This document shows, piece after piece, positions 33,193 to 43,100 of a stretch of 64,000 bases of DNA (position 1 is the stretch's first letter; each line of letters begins with the position of its first letter). The notes beneath the pieces are model-generated. The model did not search any database. It worked only from the letters and a program-made list of their open reading frames with translations, and was not told the origin of the DNA. Origin of the DNA: Gemmatimonadales bacterium (GTDB lineage Bacteria > Gemmatimonadota > Gemmatimonadetes > Gemmatimonadales > Gemmatimonadaceae); contig JBBROY010000019.1 of NCBI GenBank assembly GCA_038228795.1, positions 2,905 through 66,904 on the forward strand, written 5' to 3'. The translations under genes were made by a program, and so were the position numbers.

Positions 33193-34728
33193 ATGGGAAG
33201 CACGGGAGACGGGCGCGAATCGGGCAGGGGCAGGCGCAACGCGATCATGCGCGGTGCTCTGCTCGTGATGATTCTCGCCGTGGCGGCGGTGATCGCGTAT
33301 CGGACAGGGTGGTTTCGCGGAGTGACGCCGGAGCGCGTCGGAATGTTGCGCGACCGGCTGCGCGGCGCGCCCGGCGCGCCACTGGTGTTCGTCGGCTTGT
33401 ATGTACTCGCAAGCGCGCTCGCGCTGCCCGGCACGCTGCTCACTCTCGCCGGCGGTGCCATCTTCGGAACGGTGCTCGGCACTCTGCTCAATTGGATCGG
33501 CGCGACCATGGGCGCCACCGCGTCATTCGCGATTTCACGCTGGTTTGGGCGCGACGCCGCACGAGCGGTGATCGGACGTCGCGCCGCGGTGCTCGACAAG
33601 CTGTCGGCCGAGCACGGCTTCGTGGCGCTGTTGCGGCTCCGGCTCATTCCGATCGTTCCCTTCAATATTTTGAACTTCGCCGCCGGACTCACCGGCATCG
33701 GCGTCGTACATTACGTCGCGGCAACAGCGATCGGCATATTGCCCGCCACGGCGATCTACACGTACTTCGCCAGCGCGCTCATCGGTGGCGCATCCGGCGC
33801 GCGGGCGCACGCTCTCGCGAGCGCCGCCATCGCCGGAGGACTACTCATCGTGCTGTCTTTCGTACCTACCCTTGCACGACGTTTTGGATGGATCGACAAG
33901 AGGTCTGTCGCGCTGATCATTGCCGCGTTGCTTCTTGGATGGAGCACATCGCCGGACGCTCGCGGCAGCGTGCTCCCACCGCGTACTCCGAGCATAGCCG
34001 CTTCGTTCGACCACACCGTGTTCGACGCATTGCTCAAGGCGCACGTCGTAAATGGCATGGTAGATTACGATGCGTTCGCTCGCGCGCCGGAGTTCGAGGC
34101 GTACCTGGGCGCGCTCGCGCACTTTGATCCCGCATTGCTTGCGCGCGACGAGCAGCTGGCCTTCTGGATAAACGCGTACAACGCCTACACGATCCGGCTG
34201 ATCACGGCGCACCGGGAGCGACGGTCGATCCGGAACATCAACAAGTCGTTCGGCTTCGTGAAAGCGTCCGGACCATGGAAAGAGAAGCTGGCGGCCGTCG
34301 GCGGACGCGCGTACGGACTCGATGAGATCGAGCAGGAGATCATTCGCCCGCGCTATCACGAGCCTCGCATCCACTTCGCGCTCGTGTGCGCAGCGATGGG
34401 TTGTCCACCGCTTCGCAGCGAGGCGTACGTGGGAGACCATCTCGAGGCGCAGCTCGAAGCCCAGGCCCGCGTGTTTCTGCTCGAATCACCGGCGAAGAAT
34501 CGCGTTGACGTCGCGACGCGTAGGGTATACGTGAGCCAGATCTTCGTCGGTTTTCGGGACTACATCAAAGACTTTGGCGGTACTGAGCGCGCTGTCGGTC
34601 AGTTCATTGCGCGCTACTATCCCGACGGGCCGTCAAAGCAGCTGCTCGAGGCAGGCGACTTCACGATGACCCAGACCAGCTACGACTGGACGCTCAACAG
34701 TCAAGAAAACGCCCGGAAGCGGCCGTGA
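33193..34728 (+). CDS. Fusion protein: TVP38/TMEM64 (DedA-related) membrane domain plus DUF547 domain
   Basis: N-terminal part has LPGTLLTLAGGAIFG...RLIPIVPFNILNFAAG. C-terminal part has FWINAYNAYTIRLI...HFALVCAAMGCPPLR. Confidence 0.75.
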   Translation: MGSTGDGRESGRGRRNAIMRGALLVMILAVAAVIAYRTGWFRGVTPERVGMLRDRLRGAPGAPLVFVGLYVLASALALPGTLLTLAGGAIFGTVLGTLLNWIGATMGATASFAISRWFGRDAARAVIGRRAAVLDKLSAEHGFVALLRLRLIPIVPFNILNFAAGLTGIGVVHYVAATAIGILPATAIYTYFASALIGGASGARAHALASAAIAGGLLIVLSFVPTLARRFGWIDKRSVALIIAALLLGWSTSPDARGSVLPPRTPSIAASFDHTVFDALLKAHVVNGMVDYDAFARAPEFEAYLGALAHFDPALLARDEQLAFWINAYNAYTIRLITAHRERRSIRNINKSFGFVKASGPWKEKLAAVGGRAYGLDEIEQEIIRPRYHEPRIHFALVCAAMGCPPLRSEAYVGDHLEAQLEAQARVFLLESPAKNRVDVATRRVYVSQIFVGFRDYIKDFGGTERAVGQFIARYYPDGPSKQLLEAGDFTMTQTSYDWTLNSQENARKRP

Positions 34729-35975
34729 GCGCGGCGCACGCACCCACGGCAAACGCATTCATCATCTTGCTGTTGGTGGCGACACTGGTCGCGGCGCTGA
34801 CGCGGCCCCTGCGCATCCCATTCACGATCGCGCTCGTCGTGGTCGGCTTGGCGCTGGGCGCGCTCGATCTCGTCGCGGCGCCGGCGCTGAGCAAAGAGCT
34901 GCTGTTCTCGGTGTTCCTGCCCGCCCTCCTCTACGAGGCCGCCTATCATCTCAAGGCCGAGGAGTTTTGGCGCAACAAGCTGGCGATCATCGTGCTGGCG
35001 GTGCCGGGCGTCGCGGTCGCCATCGCGCTCACGGCGGCGCTCGTTCTCGGAGCGGCGTCTGCCGGATGGCTGCCCGGCGTGGGGTGGAGACAAGCGTTGG
35101 TGTTCGCGGCGCTCATCGCGGCCACTGATCCCGTGGCGGTCGTCGCGCTGCTGCGGGAATTGAATGTAGCGCGGCGACTACAGGTGTTGGTCGAAGGCGA
35201 GAGCTTGCTGAACGACGGCACGGCGGTCGTCCTCTTCACACTCGCGCTCGCCGTCGCGACGGCCGCGTCGGCGACACCGCCCTCACCGCTGCGACTCCTC
35301 GGTTCATTCACCTTCATGGTTGGCGGCGGCGCGGCTGTCGGCATCCTCGTCGCGCTCGCCGTCACCTGGCTCATGCGCCGGGCAGATGACCCGGCGGCGG
35401 AAATTACGTTGACGATGATTGCCGCGTACGGCGCGTTCGCGCTCGCCGAGTGGCTCGGCGTTTCGGGTGTAATCGCAACGGTTTCCTCAGGGATGGTGTG
35501 CGGCACCTATGCCGAGCGGATGGCCATGTCGCCCGCGACCCGCGCGGCGGTCGTCAGCTTCTGGTCCTATGTCTCCTTCATGTTGAACTCGATCGTCTTT
35601 CTTCTGCTCGGCCTCCAGGTGCATCTGCGCGCGCTCGCCGATGCATGGCTCGCGGTGCTCCTGTCGTTCCTTGCCGTGAGCGTGGGCCGCGCCGTGATGA
35701 TCTTCGGCGTGAGCGCGCTGCTGCGGCCAACGCGCGAGCGGCTGCCCAAGGGTTGGCCGACCTTTCTCGTGTTCGGCGGATTGCGCGGCGCACTCTCAAT
35801 GGTGCTTGCCTTGAGCCTGCCGGACACATTTCCCTATCGCGGGCGCATTGTGACCACGACATTCGGCGTCGTGATCTTGTCCATTCTCGTGCAGGGGAGC
35901 GCGGCGGCGATCCTCACGCGCCGCATGACCGGTCTCGCGGCGAAACCGGCGACGGACCCCGCGGCCCAGACGTGA
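34725..35975 (+). CDS. Cation:proton antiporter (CPA1, NhaP-type)
   Basis: ATDPVAVVALLREL...VEGESLLNDGTAVVLF signature. About 11-12 hydrophobic helices. GTGA overlap with the upstream gene. Confidence 0.85.
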   Translation: MSAAHAPTANAFIILLLVATLVAALTRPLRIPFTIALVVVGLALGALDLVAAPALSKELLFSVFLPALLYEAAYHLKAEEFWRNKLAIIVLAVPGVAVAIALTAALVLGAASAGWLPGVGWRQALVFAALIAATDPVAVVALLRELNVARRLQVLVEGESLLNDGTAVVLFTLALAVATAASATPPSPLRLLGSFTFMVGGGAAVGILVALAVTWLMRRADDPAAEITLTMIAAYGAFALAEWLGVSGVIATVSSGMVCGTYAERMAMSPATRAAVVSFWSYVSFMLNSIVFLLLGLQVHLRALADAWLAVLLSFLAVSVGRAVMIFGVSALLRPTRERLPKGWPTFLVFGGLRGALSMVLALSLPDTFPYRGRIVTTTFGVVILSILVQGSAAAILTRRMTGLAAKPATDPAAQT

Positions 35976-36085
35976 GCGACACGTTCGCGCCGCTGACCCG
36001 TATGTGATGGTGGGTTGCGGTGATCGAGCATTGCGGAGACCATCTCACGACGATTCTCTCGAACTCGAGTGCTGAGGTGCAGGCG

Positions 36086-36415
36086 ATGACACCACGAGTC
36101 GGTACGGCGCTGATGACGGCGGGGGCCGCGGTCGGAGTGGTGGGCGTGCTCGTCTACGCGTCCGATTTTCAGGTGCACCTGTCGCCTGCCATCGTATCGT
36201 TGCTTCTCGTCAAGGCGACGTTCGCCGCGGCGGGTGGGCTCATGGTCATCGGAGCGGTAGTCCGCCGTCGGGCTTTGCAGCGGTCCGGAGAACGGCCCGG
36301 CGAGATCTCCTCGTCCGATGAGGGCACGCGGCTTCCTCCGGCCGACGTGCCGAATCGCGGCGACATTTCCAACGACGCTCCATCGACCATGCGGCCTGGC
36401 GATCGACGACCGTGA
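36086..36415 (+). CDS. Hypothetical small two-helix membrane protein (weak call)
   Basis: Two hydrophobic stretches (ALMTAGAAVGVVGVLVYA; LLLVKATFAAAGGLMVIGAVV), then a polar tail. No family recognised. Confidence 0.3.
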   Translation: MTPRVGTALMTAGAAVGVVGVLVYASDFQVHLSPAIVSLLLVKATFAAAGGLMVIGAVVRRRALQRSGERPGEISSSDEGTRLPPADVPNRGDISNDAPSTMRPGDRRP

Positions 36416-36455
36416 TGGTGCGTTCGCCCCACACCACGCAGCCCGGGTGCAATGC

Positions 36456-37151
36456 ATGACCGCGGATGAGACAGCAACGCCGACCCCACCAGAGCGCGCG
36501 TTCGTGCCGTTGCGCTTCACGCGAATGGGCCTCGAGACATCGGGGGAACGCGCGCGGGCTTTTTTCGAACAGATGAACCAGCGCCGCACCACGCGCCACT
36601 TCTCGCGCGACCCGGTGCCGCGCGAGCTGATCGAAAGCGCCATCCGCACCGCCGGCACGGCGCCGAGCGGCGCCCATCAACAGCCGTGGACCTTCGTCGC
36701 CGTATCGGACGCCGCCCTCAAGACGAAGATTCGCGAAGCCGCCGAACACGAAGAGCGCGAGTTCTACCGCGGCAAGGCGCCACGAGAGTGGCTGGAGGCG
36801 CTCCGTCCACTCGGCACCGACGAGCACAAGCCGCATCTCACGGACGCGCCGTGGGTCGTGGTGTTGTTCCGCCAGGCGTATGGGTTGAACGCGGATGGCA
36901 CCAAGCGCGTGTACTACTACACGGATGAATCGTGCGGCATCGCTGCCGGCTTCTTTATCGCGGCGATTCACCACATGGGCCTCGTCACGCTCACCCACAC
37001 GCCGAATCCGATGGGCTTTCTGCGCGATCTGCTCGGGCGGCCCGCAAACGAGAAGGCGATGCTCGTGATGCCGGTCGGGTATCCGGCGCCCGATGCGCGT
37101 GTGCCGGATCTCGCGCGCAAAGCGCTCGAGGAGATCGCCGTCTGGCGGTGA
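36456..37151 (+). CDS. Nitroreductase-superfamily flavoprotein, iodotyrosine deiodinase (IYD)-like
   Basis: RRTTRHFS...TAPSGAHQQPWTFVAV...EREFY...HKPHLTDAPWVVVLF...YYYTDESCGIAAG closely follows the IYD/BluB-branch pattern. Confidence 0.8.
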   Translation: MTADETATPTPPERAFVPLRFTRMGLETSGERARAFFEQMNQRRTTRHFSRDPVPRELIESAIRTAGTAPSGAHQQPWTFVAVSDAALKTKIREAAEHEEREFYRGKAPREWLEALRPLGTDEHKPHLTDAPWVVVLFRQAYGLNADGTKRVYYYTDESCGIAAGFFIAAIHHMGLVTLTHTPNPMGFLRDLLGRPANEKAMLVMPVGYPAPDARVPDLARKALEEIAVWR

Positions 37152-37163
37152 GGCGCGCGGAGG

Positions 37164-40100
37164 CTAGACGCGGCCCATGCTGACGACAACCTCGTGGCGG
37201 CCGCCATCGTCGACGAGCTGCACGACGCGATCGCTCATCACGACTCCATCGACTTCGACCCGCCTGACGCTCCGGCTCACGCCGTCCGGGTTCTGCACCG
37301 CGATCGCATACGTGCTCGACCCGAACCGGTACTCGATGGCGAATTCTTTCCACGCGGCCGGCACGCAGGGCTCGATCGCGAGATGACTGCCGCGTTTGGT
37401 GAAGCCGAGAACTCCCTCGAGCGCCACGCGATACATCCAGCTCGCTGATCCGGTATACCAGGTCCAGCCGCCGCGGCCGACGTGTCCGAGCGCGGTATAC
37501 ACATCCGCGCACACCACATACGGCTCGACCTTATAGGTGGCGACGTCCTGCTGCGTGCGCGCGTGGGTGAGTGGGTTCAGCATCGCCAGCAGATGCGCCG
37601 CGCGGTCGCCGTCGCCGAGGCGCGCCGCGGCGAGCGCGGTCCAGAGCGCGGCGTGCGTGTACTGTGCGCCGTTCTCGCGCACGCCAGGGAGATAGCCCTT
37701 GATGTAGCCCGGATCGCGCGCCGTATGGTCGAAGGGCGGCGAGAGCAACATGATGAGGCGCGCATCCTCGCGAACCAACCGCTCGCCGACCGACTGCATC
37801 GCGCGCCGCGCGCGATCGCCGTCGGCGGCGCCCGAGAGCACGGCCCAACTCTGCGCGATGGCGTCGATCTGGCACTCGTCGCTCGCCGCCGAACCGAGGG
37901 GCGTGCCGTCGTCAAAGTAGGCGCGGCGGTACCAGGCGCCATCCCACGACGTGCGCTCCACCGCCGCGGCATAGTCGGCGGCGCGTTGGCGGCAGCGCGC
38001 GACCACCTCGCTATCGCCGCGCGCGGCCGCGTGCTCCGCGAACCGGCGCAGGGCAGCAACCAGAAACCACGCCAGCCACACGCTTTCTCCGTGACCGTCG
38101 ATGCCGACGCGGTTCATGCCGTCGTTCCAATCGCCGGAGCCGATGAGTGGCAAGCCATTCGATCCGGTGGTGCAGGCGCGATCCAGCGCGCGCACGCAGT
38201 GCTCGTACAGCGTCGCCGATTCGGCGCTCACCCGGGGCTGCTCGTACGCCTCGTGCTGGTGCGGCGCCAGCGGCTTCTGCTCGAGAAATGATGCGCGCTC
38301 GTCCCACACGCTCGCGTCTCCGGTGACGACGACGTAGTGATCGGCGACGAAGGGAAGCCACACGAGATCGTCGGAGAAGCGCGTTCGCACGCCGCTGCCT
38401 CCCGGCTCGTGCCACCAATGCTGTACGTCCCCTTCAGGAAATTGCCTTCCGGCGCACCGCACGAGGTGCGCGCGCGCAATGGCGGGCTCGGCGTACGCGA
38501 ACGCCATGCAATCCTGCAGCTGGTCGCGAAATCCGTATGCGCCACTCGATTGATAGAACGCCGAGCGTGCCCACATGCGGCAGGCGAGCGCTTGATAGAG
38601 CGACCACCGGTTCAACATCGCGTCGAACTCGGGTGATGGCGTGCGCGCCGAGATCACCGAAAGGCGCGCTTCCCAGGCGCGCACCGAGCCATCGACGGCC
38701 GCGCTCGCCGCGCTCGGCGCGGCGTGGCGCCCGATGATCGCCCGCGCCTCGCTTTCACTCGTGGCCGCGCCCAGCAGCACGACGATCTCGCGCGTCTCGC
38801 CAGGCTCGAGCACCACCGCCGCGCGGAATGCCGCGCATGGATCAAAGCCGGCGCCACAGGTGCCGGAGAGCGCGTCGGCGAAGAGCGCCGCGGGCGCGAC
38901 CAGGTCACCATTTCGTCCGATGAACTCCTCGCGGTTGGCGGTGAAGCCGGCCACTGGCGCGCTGATCCACGAAAACGCCACGCGCGAGGCGAAGTCGTCG
39001 GTAAAATAATTCTGGGCGAAGACAGCGCCCGTCTGCTCGTCGCGCCACGTGTGCAGCTGATGGCGCGTGTGCTCGCGCTGCGCGCCGAGCGTCAGCTCCA
39101 CGAAGCTGGTGAGGGTGAGGCGGCGCTGCTTGGCGCCGCGGTTGGTGAGCGTCAGTCGCGTGATCTTCACCGGATCGGACTCTGGCACCCCGAGCACCAG
39201 CTCGCTCGCGATGCCGTCCCGCTCGTGGGTGAAGCTGCTGCGTCCGGGCCCGTGCCGCACTACGTAGGGCGGCGGTCCGTTCCCGAGTGTGTCGACGTCG
39301 TCGATCGCCAGGGCGGGTGCGGGGGTGGGCGTCCACATGCGCCGTGAATCGTCGTCACGCAGGTAGAGCACCTCGCCGCACGGATCGCATACGGGATCGT
39401 TCTGCCATGGCGTGAGACGGAAGAAGTAGCTGTTCTCCGCCCACGCGAAGCCGCCGCCGCGCTCGGTCACGCAGAATCCCGCGTTGGGATTGGCGATCAC
39501 GTTGGCCCACGGCGCCGGTGGCACGTGCGCGCCCGCGATGCGCATCTCGTAGTCGCCGTTGTCCGTGAGTTTCCCAAAGCCGTTTGTGTCGCCGGCATCC
39601 GTGTTCGTCAGTGCGTCGGGACCCGCTCTGGTGCCGGCGACAACAGCCAACGCCGGCGGAGTCGACAGCGCGCGCGACGCGCTGCGTCCGCGATCAACGA
39701 CCATCCACTGTTCCACCGGCGCAGCGGGCGCGCCCAGCTCGGCGTTCTCCGCGACGTTGCCGAGTCCAACGCCATCGCACGCGATCGTGACGCGGGCGGT
39801 GGCTTGTAGCAGCGCGACATCTTCGGGCTGCATGGTGTCGGCTCGCCGGATGAAGACGCCGCCAGGCCGGTCGATCACGCCTCCCTCGCTCGACGAGAGC
39901 ACGATGGAGACGATCTGATCGTGCAGATCCTGCACGTACGTCGGCGCCTTGGCGTTGATGATCACCAGATCGGCCGTCACACCTTTCATGCGCCAATATT
40001 TGTGCGCGACGAGCAGCTGGCGCACGCTCGGGAGGCCCCCTTCATCGGTGATGGTGGCGAGCACCAGTGGCCAGTCACCGGAGATGCCGTGCGCCCAGAG

Positions 40101-43100
40101 CGCTCGCTGCCCGCGACGATTCTCGGCCCGCAGCGTCGCCGATGCGCGCAACTCCTCGTTCGGGTAGATCAGCGTGCCGGCGAGCTCCTGATACAGCGCC
40201 GCTTCCGCGGGCGGCACGTCGAGGTCGCGAAGCTCAACCTGCGCGGTGGTCCAGGAGAGGGAGAGCGCGCGGTCGGCGGCGCGAAGATCGCGATAGCGGT
40301 CGGCCAGGTTGCGCGCCTCGTCGCGCCCATCGGCGACAAGCGTGGAAAACGCGGCGGTGGCCGTGCGTCCGGGGAGAAGCCGCAGCCGAACGCGCAGCGC
40401 CATCGTCGGATCGAGCACCGCGCCGGTCGTGCCGGACAACTCCACGTCGTGATCGAGCGCGCGCGGCGCCCGCACCGTGCGGCCGCGACCGATGAAGCGC
40501 GCGCGATCTGTTTCGCACGTCACGTCGCCCACGCGCTCGGCGCCCGTCGCGACGACGTGCGCGCACCACGGCCGCCGCTCGGTCGCGGAACGCGGCCGCC
40601 GGCTCGCGAGAATGATGCCGTCCGGCAGCCACTCGGTCTCCACGAATAAATTCTGAAACGCCGGATGGGCGCGATCGGCGTCGGGATCGGCGAGCACCAC
40701 CTCGGCGTAGCTCGTCAGCTCGATATCGCGCGTCTCGCGCGAGCGATTCGTGACGGTCACCACGCGCACTTCGGCGCGGTCACGCGGCACCACGATGATG
40801 TCCGTTCGCGTGTCGATGTCGCCATCGCGTCGCGCGAAGACGACACGGTCCGTGGCGAAGGTGACACGATACGTATCGGGTGTCGCGCCGGTCGGCTGAT
40901 ACGCACCCGACCAGACGCGGTCCGCGTCCAGATCCTTCACGTAGATCCACTGGCCGGTGTCGTCACGCGTCGCGTCGGCGCGCCAACGCGTGACCGCCAT
41001 GCCGTTCGAGCGGCTGTACCCGCCGCCGGCGTTTGTGACGAGCACACAATACGGCAGATCGCCGAGCAGTCCCACGCGCGGCTCCGCGGTGTGTGCGGTG
41101 TCGAACTCCCGTACCACGGGCTCGGCCACCGCCGCGCGCCGGGGCGCGAGATCGGCGACGTCCGGCTGCGGCGACTGTGCGACATAGCGGCGAGGGACGC
41201 GCTCATCGAGCAAAAGCCTCGCGGCACGGCAGGCCGGATCGGTCATGAAGCGCCGCTGCCAGAGGCCATCTCCCTCCGCGATGTGCAGCGCGTTGTCGAG
41301 GGCGATCAGGCTCATTCCGACGTGATGCGCCATTGATGTCCGGACCACGGCGCGCGTTCCGTCGCCGTCGGGCCGGGTATAGTCGATCGCATCATGAAAG
41401 CCGTAGTCGCCCAGCGCGCCAGCATGCTCGAGCGCCATCAGATTCGCCAGCGCCTCGTGCGGGTCGATCGGCAGTGCGAGCGCGGTCGCGTAGGGCGCGA
41501 TGACCAGCTCGTTGGCGAGCCCGCGCTTGAGCGCGAGATCGGGCACGCCGAATGCGCGGTACTGATACGTATCGTGACGGTCGCGAACGTTGTACGCCGA
41601 CTCCGAGATCCCCCACGGCACACCACGGGCGCGCGCATACGCGATGTGTCGCCGCACTGCAGCGCGGTGCGTCTGATCGAGCAGCGAATATGGGCGCGAC
41701 GGCATGACCAGCGAGGGCATCAGATACTCGAACATGCTGCCGCTCCACGACACGAGCGCGGTCTCTCCCGCCTGCGAGGTGAGCGAGCGCCCCAGCCGAA
41801 ACCAGTGCTCGGTCGGCGCGTCGCCCTTCGCGATCGCGATGAAGCTCGCCAGGCGCGCCTCCGACGCGAGGAGATCGTAGGTCGAGGCATCGAGCCGGTT
41901 CGCGCGCTCATCGAATCCGATCGCGAACAGCTTGCGCCGCGCGTCGAAGAGGAGCGTGAAGTCCATCTCCATCGCCATCGCTCGCGCCTGCGCGGCAACG
42001 GCCGCCAGGCGAGCCGCTTCGGCCGGCGCGTCGGATCGCGCGCCGTCGGCGAGCTCGCGGCAGGCAGCGGCGACGGCGATCAGATGACCGGCGAGGTTGC
42101 CGGAATCCACGGTCGAGACGTACGGCGGCTCGAGCACGCCCCGGTCGGATAGCCGATACCAGTTGTAGAAGTGGCCACGCAGCCTGCGCAGCGACGCCAT
42201 GGTCGCCAGCGCGCGCTCGAGGCGCTCGACCATGTCACCGCGTGAGATGAAATGCAGGTCGAACGCGGAGACCGTCGCGAGAAGCTGCAGACCCATATTG
42301 GTCGGCGACGTGCGATCGGCCACGACCGGCGCCGGCGTCTCCTGAAAATTGTCCGGCGCGAGCCAGCGCGTGTCCGCGCTGACAAAGTGATCGAAGAAAC
42401 GCCAGTGGAGTTTTGCGTAGCGCACTAGCGCCTCGCGCTGCGATGGCGTGATCGCCAGATCCGGACGCGCTTTGGGCTCGCTGATGTAGCGGGCGATCCA
42501 CGGCGCCGCGATCCAACACAGGGCGAAGGGGAGCACGAGCCAGAGGTGCGATGCGTACGCGCCCAACGCCGTGAACACCACACCCAGCACCACGGCGACC
42601 CACATCTCGCGCCATGCCGCCGTGGTCCGCTGGGCGGCGAAGCGTTCGACCTGCGAGGCGGTCTTCCACTCAAGCATTCGCCGCCTCGTCACCAGCGTGC
42701 GCACGAGGGCGCGTCCGACGCCGTCCACGGCGTCGCTCGCTTGATGCGGTAGAAACACGATGCCAAGCGCCGCCTGCTGCGCCGACGACCACGCGTCACC
42801 GCGCAACGCCGCGTAATACGGGCGCCACGACTGCTCGCGCGGTGGGCGCATCATCGCCAGTGCCGGCGCGAGCAGCCAGCGCAGCGCGAACGCGCCGAGC
42901 GCGACGGCCGTCCATGTCGCGGCGGGCCCGGGCAGCACGGTCCATCCCGCGACGAGCCAAGCCGTCATCGCCACCGGTACCAGACTGCGCCGGAGGTTGT
43001 CGAAGATCTTCCAGCGCGAAAGCGCCGACACGGCGCCAGCACTCTCGCCGCGCGCGAACAGGAACGGCAACAGCTGCCAATCGCCCCGCGTCCAGCGATG

